64,000 nt of DNA from Thermobacillus sp. ZCTH02-B1 (GTDB lineage Bacteria; Bacillota; Bacilli; Paenibacillales; Paenibacillaceae): contig NZ_LZRU01000035.1 in NCBI RefSeq assembly GCF_002159085.1, positions 19,866 through 83,865 of the forward strand. Direction: 5' to 3'. The translations under genes and the position numbers were made by a program. The notes beneath the pieces were generated by a model. The model made no database searches, was not told the DNA's origin, and was given only the letters and a program-made list of their open reading frames with translations. Below are positions 1 through 9,667 of the stretch, one piece after another (position 1 is the first letter of the stretch; every line of letters starts with the position of its first letter).

Positions 1-876
1 CCGCTGCAGGAATGGATAAACCATGATGATCGGCAAACTCGCGACGATCGTCATCGTCGCGCGGATCGATGTCGGCGTCACCGTCCGCGTTCTGCCCCCC
101 ATCGCATCGGCATACTGGTCGGCCGGACTCAGATGCGAGGTGTTCGTGCTGGCCAGGATTTTCACCAATTCATATTGCAGGGTGCTGAGATCGGCTCTCG
201 AAGAGTTGTACAGGAACACGTCGAACCAGGAGTTCCATTGGTAGACGGCCACGAACAACGAAACGGTGGCGAGAGCCGGCACAATCAGCGGAAGGACGAT
301 CCGGATGAACACGGTGAAATCCCCGGCACCGTCGATCCTGGCCGATTCCAGGATGCCTTCCGGCAGACCGTCGATAAAGGAGCGAATGACGATCATATTG
401 AACACGCCGATGATGCCCGGGACGATGTACACCCAGAAGGTGTTCAGCAAATCGAGATTTTTGATCAGCAGGTACTCGGGAATGAGGCCGCCGCTGAAAT
501 ACATCGTAAAGATGAAGACAATGGAAACGAATTTTCTCAGCTTGTATTCGGGACGGCTCACGGCATAGGCCAGCATCGCCGTGCAGAACACGGAGACGAG
601 CGTCCCGATGATCGTCCTGGCCGCGGAAATGAAGGTCGCGAAGTACACGTTGGTTTCGCTGAACACGTATTCGTAATTTCGCAGCGTCCAAACCCTTGGC
701 CACAGATAAATGCCGCCCCGGATGGAGTCGTTCGCGTCGTTGAGCGACAGGGCCAGCATATTAATGAAAGGATACAGGGTTACGACGATCAGAAAAATCA
801 TGAAAATGTAATTGCAGAAATCAAACACTTTGTCTCCGAATGAAGACGCAACGGAGGAACGGGTCCGCGACATCAT
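1..876 (-). CDS. Carbohydrate ABC transporter permease (LplC/MalG-type), 3' end outside window
   Basis: Not in ORF track. Manual translation from ATG 876 (SD AAAGGAGG) gives MMSRTRSS...TLYPFINMLALSLND...MYFSGGLIP...ILESARIDGA (EAA loop)...VYPFLQR, open to base 1. Confidence 0.93.
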   Translation of the reverse strand, partial: MMSRTRSSVASSFGDKVFDFCNYIFMIFLIVVTLYPFINMLALSLNDANDSIRGGIYLWPRVWTLRNYEYVFSETNVYFATFISAARTIIGTLVSVFCTAMLAYAVSRPEYKLRKFVSIVFIFTMYFSGGLIPEYLLIKNLDLLNTFWVYIVPGIIGVFNMIVIRSFIDGLPEGILESARIDGAGDFTVFIRIVLPLIVPALATVSLFVAVYQWNSWFDVFLYNSSRADLSTLQYELVKILASTNTSHLSPADQYADAMGGRTRTVTPTSIRATMTIVASLPIIMVYPFLQR

Positions 877-891
877 ACCGCCTCCTTTCTT

Positions 892-1821
892 CTAGTACAA
901 TCTGCTCTGGCCGAGACGCTTGGCGATGTGGTTGGCCGAGATGATGAAAATGAAGCTGACCACGGTCTTGAAGATGCCGGCGGCGGTCGCCAGACCGTAG
1001 TTGTTCAGCTGAATCCCGTACTTCAGCACGAAGATGTCAAGGTTTTCCGAGTATTCGATATTCATGCTGTTGCCGAGCAGGTATTGCGGCTCAAAACCGG
1101 ATTCGAGAATATGTCCGAGGTTCATGATGAGCAAAAGAACGATGACGGGCCGAATGCCCGGAAGCGTGATGTGCCACATCCGGCGAAAGCGCGACGCGCC
1201 GTCGATTTGGGCCGCTTCGTACTGCGTGGGATCAATGGTGGTGATGGCGGCCAGATAAATGATCGTGTTCCAACCGACGTTCTTCCACACCTCTGCGACA
1301 GCCAGAATGCCCCAGAAGTACTCGCCGACGCCGAGCCACAAGATGGGCCGTTCGATGATGTTCAGCTTGAGGAGCAGGTTATTGATGATGCCCTCCGGCG
1401 CCAGCGTCTCCTGGACGATGTTGGCGGCCACGACCCACGAGACGAAGTGCGGCAAATAGCTGATCGTCTGCACGGTCCGCTTGAAATACACCCGGCGAAG
1501 CTCATTCAGGAGCAACGCCAGCGTGATAGCGGTTACGAAGCCCAGCACGAGGTTGAGGCTGCTCATGACGAGCGTGTTGCGCAAGACGCGGTAAAAATGA
1601 TGGTCCTGAAACAGCATCCTGAAATTTTCGAGGCCCACCCACGTCTGGTCGAACAGACCTTTTCCCAGCCGGTATCGCTGAAAGGCAATCAACCAGCCCC
1701 AAAGCGGGAGATATTTGAAGACAATGACCCACACGAGAAACGGCAGCGACATCAGCATCAACGTTTTCTGATTGGACAACGACTTGAAAAACTGCCTGAT
1801 GCGCGACTTTTCAACCACCAA
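892..1821 (-). CDS. Carbohydrate ABC transporter permease (LplB/MalF-type)
   Basis: YLPHFVSWVV and YEAAQIDGA motifs; TTG start at 1821 behind GAAGGGAG (ORF track start 1848). Confidence 0.93.
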   Translation of the reverse strand: MVVEKSRIRQFFKSLSNQKTLMLMSLPFLVWVIVFKYLPLWGWLIAFQRYRLGKGLFDQTWVGLENFRMLFQDHHFYRVLRNTLVMSSLNLVLGFVTAITLALLLNELRRVYFKRTVQTISYLPHFVSWVVAANIVQETLAPEGIINNLLLKLNIIERPILWLGVGEYFWGILAVAEVWKNVGWNTIIYLAAITTIDPTQYEAAQIDGASRFRRMWHITLPGIRPVIVLLLIMNLGHILESGFEPQYLLGNSMNIEYSENLDIFVLKYGIQLNNYGLATAAGIFKTVVSFIFIISANHIAKRLGQSRLY

Positions 1822-1861
1822 GGTCAGACTCCCTTCAGGCCGCAACATGCGCCAATTTCGG

Positions 1862-1902
1862 AAAAAATGGGATGGGAAAAGCGAGCCGGGCCCGCTTTTC
1901 CC
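1862..1902 (-). terminator. Intercistronic stem-loop / partial terminator after binding-protein gene
   Basis: GGGAAAAGCG (1874-1883) pairs with CGCTTTTCCC (1893-1902); T-run follows on the minus strand. Confidence 0.65.
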
Positions 1903-1936
1903 TCCCTTATGGCATCGTGGAAATCGGCACTGTTGA

Positions 1937-3634
1937 TTACCATTTCCCCGCGACGCGATCGCGTACTTTCCGGGTCATGAACTCTTCGTAACCCGCGGCA
2001 TTCAGCTTGCCGAACTCCCGCATGTACTCTTCCCAGACGGCTTCGAACTGTCCCTCCGGAGCAAGCACCATTTTCGGATAGTACAGCATCATGAGGTCGT
2101 TTGCCTGCTGGCTGAACATCGCCTCCGGAGAGCCCTGGGGTTTCTCGATGCTCCACGCCGGGTACCACGGTCTTTCGACGGGCGTGGCGTAGAGATCCGC
2201 AAACGTCTCGACGCCCCAGGCCTTCAGCAGCTCTTTGTCGCCTTCCGTATAATTGACCCTCGCGACTTCCGGCTGATAGAACGGCCAGTGCGCGTTGCCG
2301 TCCTCATAGACCGAGTTGTTGCCGTAACGCGGCCATTCGTACTCGAAATAGGCGAAACCGTATTCGCGCCGGAAGTCATTGTCGTTCCGTTTGCGAAGCT
2401 GCTCTTCCGTCATATAGAAGCGGCCGTTTTCGTCCACCTCGTACGTAACGCCCGGTTCTCCCCATGTGGTGAGCTTCTGGTTCTCTTCCTTGAGCAGGTT
2501 GTCCCAGTATTTGATGATCCGGACCGGATCCTTGGCGCTGACGGAAATGCCGAGACCGCGGTTGTTGACGAAGGACGGCGGATCCACATAGGCGTCCGTG
2601 ATGTCCTCGTCGAACACGATCGGCAGCGATACATATTGCAGGTCGTCATTGCCGGCCGTCTTCAGGTTGTTGATGGCGTCGCCGATCTGCCAGATATAGG
2701 CGGCAAACCCGAGCATGCGGCCGGAGGTGATTTTGGCCATGAACTGGTCGCCGTTGGCGGTAAAGCTTTCCGGATCCAGCAGTCCTTTGTTGTACAGGTC
2801 ATGCAGCGCTTTCAACCAACGCTTCTCGAGTTCGGTTCCCTGATACAGCTTGGCTTCGTGGGTTTCCAGGTCCACGAGGACGTTGCCGTCGTTCGGATAC
2901 CCGGCCAGGTGCATCGGCGGGTTCGTGATCGTGTAATACTGGGCGGCGTCGCCCGCGTAAATGCCGAAGCCGATCGTTTCTTTGCCGTCGATGACGGGAT
3001 ATTTCTCATGAAACTTTTCGATGAGTTCGAAATACTGGTCGAGCGTCTTGATTTTCGGATAACCGAATTCCTTCAGCACCCTGCGCTGAATCCAGAAGTT
3101 CGTCACGGGATTCGGGTCCGAAATGTAACCGCCGACATTGGCCGTAAACGGCAGGATGTAGATGTTGCCGTCTTCATGCTTCATCTTGTCCAGGTACGGA
3201 CCGTACACGCGCATGATGTTGGGTCCGTGCTGTTCGATCAGATCGTTGAGCGGGATGAACGCGCCGGCGTCCACCAACTTGGCGTACTCGCTGACCGGAG
3301 ATATGACGTCGGGGTATTCTCCGCCGGAGATCATGACGCCCGCCTTGATGGCCGGATCGCCCACGACGAACTCCATCTTCCAGTCGACGCCCGTCTGTTC
3401 CTTGAGAATCTGGCCGATCCTGGTTTCGCTCGCCAACTTGTCGATGTTCGATCCGAAGGCGAAATACGTGAACGTGACCGGGCTTTTGTCGTCTCCGCTT
3501 GCGGTACCGGTCGTTCCTGTGCCGTTGCCGGTTCCGGCCCCGTTTTCCTTGGCGCCGCGCGAACAACCGGCGAAGATCAGCGAAGCGGTCAGCATCGCGA
3601 TCAAACCGATGCGCAGCCAGTGTCTCCGTCTCAT
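1937..3634 (-). CDS. Carbohydrate ABC transporter substrate-binding lipoprotein (LplA-like)
   Basis: ATG 3634 after GGAAAGGGG; signal MRRRHWLRIGLIAMLTASLIFAGC with lipobox; family-1 SBP sequence pattern. Confidence 0.92.
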   Translation of the reverse strand: MRRRHWLRIGLIAMLTASLIFAGCSRGAKENGAGTGNGTGTTGTASGDDKSPVTFTYFAFGSNIDKLASETRIGQILKEQTGVDWKMEFVVGDPAIKAGVMISGGEYPDVISPVSEYAKLVDAGAFIPLNDLIEQHGPNIMRVYGPYLDKMKHEDGNIYILPFTANVGGYISDPNPVTNFWIQRRVLKEFGYPKIKTLDQYFELIEKFHEKYPVIDGKETIGFGIYAGDAAQYYTITNPPMHLAGYPNDGNVLVDLETHEAKLYQGTELEKRWLKALHDLYNKGLLDPESFTANGDQFMAKITSGRMLGFAAYIWQIGDAINNLKTAGNDDLQYVSLPIVFDEDITDAYVDPPSFVNNRGLGISVSAKDPVRIIKYWDNLLKEENQKLTTWGEPGVTYEVDENGRFYMTEEQLRKRNDNDFRREYGFAYFEYEWPRYGNNSVYEDGNAHWPFYQPEVARVNYTEGDKELLKAWGVETFADLYATPVERPWYPAWSIEKPQGSPEAMFSQQANDLMMLYYPKMVLAPEGQFEAVWEEYMREFGKLNAAGYEEFMTRKVRDRVAGKW

Positions 3635-3666
3635 CTTCTGTCCCCTTTCCATGCTGAACAGTGTGT

Positions 3667-3720
3667 TGTAAGCACTTTCAGTATAGAAGGGGATGCAAAA
3701 CGAATTGTACATTGCAAAAC
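3667..3720 (-). promoter_or_regulatory. SBP promoter: cre-like site, -10 TATACT, upstream direct repeats
   Basis: TGTAAGCACTTTCA (3667-3680) has 1 mismatch to cre TGWNANCGNTNWCA; TATACT at 3685-3680; TGCAAAAC at 3694 and 3713. Confidence 0.55.
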
Positions 3721-3741
3721 TTAGATCCGGCTTTGAATAAT

Positions 3742-5511
3742 TTAAGCGCCCGGTTTTTCCAATCCGCGCCCCGTGTGCGTGACGGGCAGGCGAAGCATGA
3801 TCCGCGTGCCCTTGTTTCGGCTGCTGGCGATGCTGAAATCGAACGATTCTCCGTAACAGATTTTCAGGCGCGTGATGACATTTTTCATGCCGATCGAATT
3901 GTCCATGGGCGTTTCTTCCCGGAAATACCGGTAAAGCTCGTCGATTTTCTCCTGATCCATCCCCGCCCCGTTGTCCGAAACGATGAACACGATCCGTTCG
4001 TTCTCCCGCCCGATCTGGATCGAGATATAGCCGATGCCCGGCACATTCTCGATCCCGTGAATGCTCGCATTCTCCACGAAAGGCAGAAAAGCCATTTTCG
4101 GAATTTCCATGTCCAGCACGGCATGATCGACTTCGATGTGATACTCCAGCTTTTTGTCGAACCGGTATTTCTGGATTTCCAGGAAACACTCGATCAACTC
4201 CAACTCTTCCCGAATGGTGACGAAGCTTTTGTTCCACAGAATCGATTTCCGGAAAATGGTGGCCATGTTCTGGATCGTCTGGGCGGTCTGCGATTCGCCC
4301 TTCATCAGACTTCTCATCCGGATTGTTTCCAGCGCGTTGAACAGAAAGTGGGGATTGATCTGGCTGTGCAGCGCGTTCAACTGGGCTTGCCTTTCGCGCA
4401 GCAGGATTTCTTTTTTCTGGATTTCGGCGACGTAGACGTCATTGATCAGATTTTTGATCCGCTCGCTCATCCGGTTGAATTCCAGCGCGAGCTCGCCCAC
4501 TTCATCCCGTTCGCGGAGATGGGGGATCGGTTCGAAATGGTTGCCTCGCATCGATTTCATGTGTTTCAGAATCACTTGAATGCGCCTGTGGATCGAACGA
4601 TGGAAGAACAGGATGACGATCGTGGGAACGAGGAAGTTGATCCCCGCGAACCACAGGATGAACCGGCCGGATTTTCTGACATCGTACAGGATTTTTTCTT
4701 CATCGAGGATGCCGTAAAGCTTCCAGTTCCCGAGATAGCGGCCCGACTGGTACGGCTTCATGAGGACGATCGCCTTGTCCGGTCGGGGAATCTCGCGAAG
4801 ATCGACGGCACCGTGCGCTTCGATGAGCGGGCTTCGCCCGCCGCCCGCGAGACGGCCGAACCGCGCTTGATCGGAAGGGTCCAGCAGGTAGATGTCTCCT
4901 TCGAAACCGGACAATTGGAACATCTGCTCGACATGGTTCCGGTTCAGATCGATCTTGATCACATTGTCGTATCCCGTAAGCCGGCGATCCCACAGATTCT
5001 GCACCACGCTGATGCCGTCGTTGGTCACGTACAAATGCGGGTACGTATCGTTCGTTTCCTTGAGCAGACGATACCACTCCGCCCCGCGCACGTCGTCCTC
5101 AAGCCTGACAATTTGCTTCGAGGTCAGAATGGTCGGATTGTCGCTCATGATCGTGACGGAACTGATGGTTTTGTATTCCTTGTCGGAACGATTGAACAGA
5201 TGCGACACGCCGAGCAGCAATTCGATGTAGTGATCGTATGAAGGATGAGGGGTATTGAGCAGTTTTTTCAATTGATTGTCAATGGAATACAAGTAAGAAA
5301 TGCCGGCGGCTTCGTCGATCAGCGCCCCCAGTTCGGATTGCAGCAGGGTGATGGCCTGATCCGAATCGGACGTTTTCTGTTCCTTGATGTTCCGGATCGT
5401 CAGCTGATAGAAGATGACGTTCGTTAAGACGGTGGGCAGAAACACGCACACCATGTAGATGGCGATCATCTTGCTGAGCAAGTTCCAATCGTGCAACCGG
5501 AACATTTTCAC
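3742..5511 (-). CDS. Sensor histidine kinase, YesM/LytS family
   Basis: Two TM segments, HAMP, LHSQINPHFLFNALE, PFVENASIHG, DNGAG. Confidence 0.93.
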   Translation of the reverse strand: MKMFRLHDWNLLSKMIAIYMVCVFLPTVLTNVIFYQLTIRNIKEQKTSDSDQAITLLQSELGALIDEAAGISYLYSIDNQLKKLLNTPHPSYDHYIELLLGVSHLFNRSDKEYKTISSVTIMSDNPTILTSKQIVRLEDDVRGAEWYRLLKETNDTYPHLYVTNDGISVVQNLWDRRLTGYDNVIKIDLNRNHVEQMFQLSGFEGDIYLLDPSDQARFGRLAGGGRSPLIEAHGAVDLREIPRPDKAIVLMKPYQSGRYLGNWKLYGILDEEKILYDVRKSGRFILWFAGINFLVPTIVILFFHRSIHRRIQVILKHMKSMRGNHFEPIPHLRERDEVGELALEFNRMSERIKNLINDVYVAEIQKKEILLRERQAQLNALHSQINPHFLFNALETIRMRSLMKGESQTAQTIQNMATIFRKSILWNKSFVTIREELELIECFLEIQKYRFDKKLEYHIEVDHAVLDMEIPKMAFLPFVENASIHGIENVPGIGYISIQIGRENERIVFIVSDNGAGMDQEKIDELYRYFREETPMDNSIGMKNVITRLKICYGESFDFSIASSRNKGTRIMLRLPVTHTGRGLEKPGA

Positions 5512-7088
5512 GGCTGACCACCCGATGATTGCGCAAGCATCTTGTTGCGGTATTCCGTCGGCGTCATCTTCTCCCGTTTTTCAAATTGGACGGCGAAATA
5601 ATCCGCATTCTGGATGCCGACCATCTCCGCGATTTCGTATACCCGCTTCCTGGTTGTCCTCAGCAGCCGCTTGGCTTCCTCGATGCGAAGGGACAGCAGG
5701 TATTCGTTAAAATACATGCCGTAATGCTTGCGGAATAGCTGACCCAGGTAAATGGGGTTCATGCCGAATTCCATCGCGATCCCCTTGAGGTAGATGTTTT
5801 CCCTGAAGTTGGCGTCGATGTATTTTTTGACCTTCTCGATGATCGCCTCGCCTTTGTCTCCGCGCTTCCGCTCCATGTGGTCCGCGGCCTTCTCCAGGAA
5901 TCCGGCGAAGGCCCGCTTCAGTTGTTCCGGATTGCGGTATCGGGTTTGCCAATTCAGCATGTCTTCCATCCACTCATGCATTTCTTCGCTGCCGTCGATT
6001 TGCCGGATGCCGTTGATCACGGCGATGACGCATCGCCGGATGGTGTTCGCAACCGCGCCGGGCGCGAAGCGCCGTTCCCCGAAGGCTGCGAAAAAGGCGT
6101 CCACTACGGCGCAGATGCCTTCCTTGCGATTGGCCTCGACCTCGAACAACAGTTTGCCGTGCAAATCTTCTTCCACATCGAAGTGGTAAAGCGGCATTCC
6201 GTTCAATTCCGATGCCAGATACACTCCGCCGCCGTCCGAAGCGAAGCGGTAATTCAGGCAATTTTCCGCGCTGGCGCGGGAAGCGGCGATCTGTTTCAGG
6301 TGATCCGTCCGGTGTCCGACGAACAAGGCGAGCTTCGTCGACAGGCGGTTTTCCAGATATCCGAGCAGCTCCGTATATCCCGCTCGCTCCGCCTTGAGAC
6401 GCCCCTTCAGCCACCACGGGGGAACGATGAAGCCGTATTGATTGCAGCCGCGCGCATGAAGGAGCAGTTGGCGTTCGTCCATGCCAAAGTACCGCCGGAG
6501 GAACGTCTTCAGCGGCGGCAAATAATCGACGGTGTCATGCGGCAGCAAATCCTGGATTTCCGCAATGACATAGGCGTAGGGAGCGGCAAGGGGAAGCTCC
6601 AGCGTGCGCACGATTTGCGACAATACCTGTTCGTCGGGTTCGCTCTGGACCAGGCTTTCGATGACGATCTCGATAAGCGGTTTTTCTCTTGTTATCGATA
6701 ACAATTTTTGCCGATTCAACGCCGTGACGACTCTTTTCAGCGTCGTTTCAAGTTCCTGTTTGTTGACCGGCTTCAGGATGTAGTCCGACACGTGATACCG
6801 AAGGGCTTGTTGCGCGTAGGCGAAATCGGAGTACCCGCTCAGGATGATAAATTTCGGCTGATGCGCGTCCTCCCCGTGGATCCGCCGAATCAATTCCAGA
6901 CCGTCAAGCGCGGGCATCCGGATATCGACGATGACGAGATCGGGTGCCAGCTCCCGGATCATTGTCAGCGCTTGCAATCCGTTCTCTGCTTCACCGCAAA
7001 CTTCAAACTGAAGCGAGGCCCAGTCCAACAGACTGATGAGTCCCTTCCGAACGAAGACCTCATCATCCACGATCAGCACCTTGTACAT
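5508..7088 (-). CDS. Response regulator, YesN family (REC + AraC HTH)
   Basis: ATG 7088 after GGAGG; MYKVLIVDDE...DIRMP; C-terminal AraC HTH; stop overlaps kinase start. Confidence 0.93.
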   Translation of the reverse strand: MYKVLIVDDEVFVRKGLISLLDWASLQFEVCGEAENGLQALTMIRELAPDLVIVDIRMPALDGLELIRRIHGEDAHQPKFIILSGYSDFAYAQQALRYHVSDYILKPVNKQELETTLKRVVTALNRQKLLSITREKPLIEIVIESLVQSEPDEQVLSQIVRTLELPLAAPYAYVIAEIQDLLPHDTVDYLPPLKTFLRRYFGMDERQLLLHARGCNQYGFIVPPWWLKGRLKAERAGYTELLGYLENRLSTKLALFVGHRTDHLKQIAASRASAENCLNYRFASDGGGVYLASELNGMPLYHFDVEEDLHGKLLFEVEANRKEGICAVVDAFFAAFGERRFAPGAVANTIRRCVIAVINGIRQIDGSEEMHEWMEDMLNWQTRYRNPEQLKRAFAGFLEKAADHMERKRGDKGEAIIEKVKKYIDANFRENIYLKGIAMEFGMNPIYLGQLFRKHYGMYFNEYLLSLRIEEAKRLLRTTRKRVYEIAEMVGIQNADYFAVQFEKREKMTPTEYRNKMLAQSSGGQP

Positions 7089-7234
7089 CGGCCATCCTCC
7101 CGTCGTGCCGAACCGCTGCCGGATCCGGCCGTTCTTGCTGCTGTTGCCAGGCGCCCCGACGGCGTACGCGACGATTGGAACTTGTAACTTGTAAAGTAAA
7201 ATACAACAAATTGGGAAGCGGATTGTCAAGACCG

Positions 7235-7283
7235 AAAAAAAAGAATCCTTCCGCCGCCGTTTGCGCCGGCGCCGGAAGGATTC
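7235..7283 (-). terminator. Rho-independent terminator of esterase gene
   Basis: GAATCCTTCCG/CGGAAGGATTC stem followed by T8 on the minus strand. Confidence 0.8.
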
Positions 7284-7291
7284 CGTCCTCA

Positions 7292-9127
7292 TCAGCCCTT
7301 GAACAAATCGGGCAGGATGTTGTACAGGTATTGGTTCTGCCAGTACCAGGTGTGCGATCCGTCCTCGGCTTCCATGAAGTAGAAGTTGCCCTTCTCCGGT
7401 TTGGACGAATACCGGAATACATCGTCATGCTTCTTCATCGCTTCAATCTGCGGCTTCAGGTTCGGATAGGCGATGTCCTGCTTGCCCGTGGCGCTGAAGA
7501 TGTAGAAATCCTGTGCCTTGTAGCCCGACTCGCGGACCACCCGGGCGAGGAACGCCGCCGTTTCCTCCGGCTTGAGGCCGCCGCTCCTGTCGCCGAGCGC
7601 CCAGCTGTCGCCGCTGAGCGGGATGTAGTATTTGAAGTAGTCCAGGCCGCCCTTCGCGAACAGGTGCCAGGTCGTTACGGAACCCATGGAAAATCCGCCG
7701 AACGCGCGATGGGCCCGGGACGCCTTCAGATCGGCCGGCGCGGCCGATTTCGCGTACGTGTTGTACTTCGTCTCCACCAGCGGCAGAATCGTCCCGATGA
7801 GCTCCTCGTGGAACAGGGCGACGTCGTTCTTCCCGCCGTAGAAGGACGGCGTCACGACGATGAGCGGCTCGATGTCGCCGCGGGCGATCATGTTGTCAAT
7901 GATCCGCTTCAGCGCCCGGTTTTCCCCCGGACCGCCGAACAGCAGATCTTCGTTCTCGCCGCCGCCGTGCATCAGATACAGCACGTTGTACCTCACGCTC
8001 TTGTCGGACGCGTCGTAGCCGTACGGGAGGTACACATGCAGCTTTTTGCGGTCCTTGCCGCCTTCCGTGTTGTCGGCCTCGTACCACAGCGTTTCGATGG
8101 TACCCGGCCGGTCGCTGTCGGCCAGATAATCGGTCGGCATTGCGCGGAAATATTTCTCGTTCGCGGCTTCTTCCGTCATCTCCAGCGATTCGATCGCCGC
8201 TTTCAGCGCGGCATACCGTTCGTCGATCCACTCCTGCGTCACTTCCTGGCCGCCCAGCAGGTCCTCCGCCGTGACGTCCGGAATGGCGTTCTTTACGACC
8301 TCCGGATTTTTGTACAGCGTGAAATCCATCGACTGCGCCTCGCGGATCAAAATGAGCAGGTCGTACGGGTTGATGCCGCTCTGTTCATTGAATTTTTTCC
8401 CGGACAGCAGCACTTCGCCGAACAGGCCCGTATCGTTCCACGCCATGCCCGTCGAATCGAACAGATTGAGCGTACCGACCCGTTCCTCCCCGACCGCGTC
8501 GTTGATCTGCAGCTCGAGGCCCATGACGGTGCCGTTCACCGGCCGTTTCCGGAGGGCGACCCGGGCTTCGACGATATACCCGTCCTCCGTCTTGCTCACG
8601 GCGGTGTAGAATCGCGATGCGTCTCCCTTGTCCACGGTTTGGACGTTCTCGACGTTCACGCGGAATTGCAGGTCGTCCACGCCGTACTCCTGCGATTTGT
8701 TGTTGTCCTCGTCAAGGAAGATTTCAAGCGAATCCTGCATGTAGGGCGTCCCGGATTGAACGGACAGATGGCCGTCCTTCACCTCCGCCAGCACGTAGAG
8801 CGCGCGATCGTCCCACAACACCCTGAACGTGGCGGAAACCCGGGTGTCGCCGGATCGGTGCGGCGCCTGGTACGCCGGCACTTTCTCCCACACCGGATCG
8901 ATTTTGCCGTCGACGACCGGTGAACCGAAATAGGCGGCAATCCTTTTGGGCGCGATCGCATCGTTTCCTGCCGTTGTCGATATCGGTGTCATGGCTGCCT
9001 CCCGGGTCGTTTCATTCACTGCGGGCACGCCGGCCGCATTCCCGGCCTGCGCTTGGAACGGCAGCGCGCACAGAAGCGCTGACGCCGCCAACGCGGATAA
9101 AAACGTTTTAGCTCTTCGTCCTCGCAA
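7292..9127 (-). CDS. Secreted CBM9-containing CE1-type (feruloyl/acetylxylan) esterase
   Basis: TTG after AAGGAGG; signal peptide ending AQA; CBM9 (GSPVVDGKIDPVW...QDSLEIFLDE); esterase VYLPYGY, YLMHGGG, HRAFGGFSMGS (GxSxG) resembling the XynY FAE domain. Confidence 0.85.
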   Translation of the reverse strand: MRGRRAKTFLSALAASALLCALPFQAQAGNAAGVPAVNETTREAAMTPISTTAGNDAIAPKRIAAYFGSPVVDGKIDPVWEKVPAYQAPHRSGDTRVSATFRVLWDDRALYVLAEVKDGHLSVQSGTPYMQDSLEIFLDEDNNKSQEYGVDDLQFRVNVENVQTVDKGDASRFYTAVSKTEDGYIVEARVALRKRPVNGTVMGLELQINDAVGEERVGTLNLFDSTGMAWNDTGLFGEVLLSGKKFNEQSGINPYDLLILIREAQSMDFTLYKNPEVVKNAIPDVTAEDLLGGQEVTQEWIDERYAALKAAIESLEMTEEAANEKYFRAMPTDYLADSDRPGTIETLWYEADNTEGGKDRKKLHVYLPYGYDASDKSVRYNVLYLMHGGGENEDLLFGGPGENRALKRIIDNMIARGDIEPLIVVTPSFYGGKNDVALFHEELIGTILPLVETKYNTYAKSAAPADLKASRAHRAFGGFSMGSVTTWHLFAKGGLDYFKYYIPLSGDSWALGDRSGGLKPEETAAFLARVVRESGYKAQDFYIFSATGKQDIAYPNLKPQIEAMKKHDDVFRYSSKPEKGNFYFMEAEDGSHTWYWQNQYLYNILPDLFKG

Positions 9128-9485
9128 TTGGCTTTCCCTCCTTGCAGAGTGTTTTTTAACTATTATTATTGCAGGGGCTTATTCGTTTTAGCAAGCGCTT
9201 TCTTGCGTGATGATCCCCGCGGCGCGACGATCGGTTTCGGTTTGCCGGCCGCGGCCAATTGCAAATGGATAATACCGGAAGATGCTCCACAGATATGATA
9301 CTTTCGAACTTGCGCGATATGACTGCAAAGCAGGTGAACCGCACGGGAAGCAGGATGGGGGTTGCCGGCGTCGCCGCGGGTGTCCGGGCGCCGCGCATCT
9401 GCTGTACATCGGCTTGTCCCCGTCGGCTTCCATGGCGGATAACGGCAATGCTGCGCGCACCCTCGCATGACGACATGCCTTATCG

Positions 9486-9528
9486 AAAAAGCGGAAGGCC
9501 CTCCGGGCGCAAGCTGACAGGGCCTTCC
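9486..9528 (-). terminator. Terminator of the second ABC operon
   Basis: GGAAGGCCCT/AGGGCCTTCC stem then GCTTTTT on the minus strand. Confidence 0.7.
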
Positions 9529-9539
9529 AACATGCCGAA

Positions 9540-9590
9540 TCGATACCGCATCCACACCGCCATTTCGCCGCGATTCCTCCGCAGATCCAT
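9540..9590 (-). pseudogene. Possible deletion scar of a GH127-like glycoside hydrolase
   Basis: ATG 9590 reads MDLRRNRGEMAVWMRY; GEMxVWxR is the typical GH127 C-terminus; lies between last permease and terminator. Confidence 0.35.
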
Positions 9591-9667
9591 GGGGGATGCC
9601 TTCTTCTCCGTTACCTTCCACGATTCCTGCGGACGACCGGCTCCGGCAACCGTGCCGAAACTCCGGC

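Noticed and set aside
1937-4237. 766-aa SBP and similar N-terminally extended ORFs (27784..29313, 32819..34459, 5508..7292)
   Set aside because: Extensions overlap neighbouring genes or promoters; SD-supported internal starts give normal sizes.
9156-9476. Small overlapping ORFs upstream of the esterase
   Set aside because: No SD or recognisable motif; the region is better explained as promoter/intergenic sequence.
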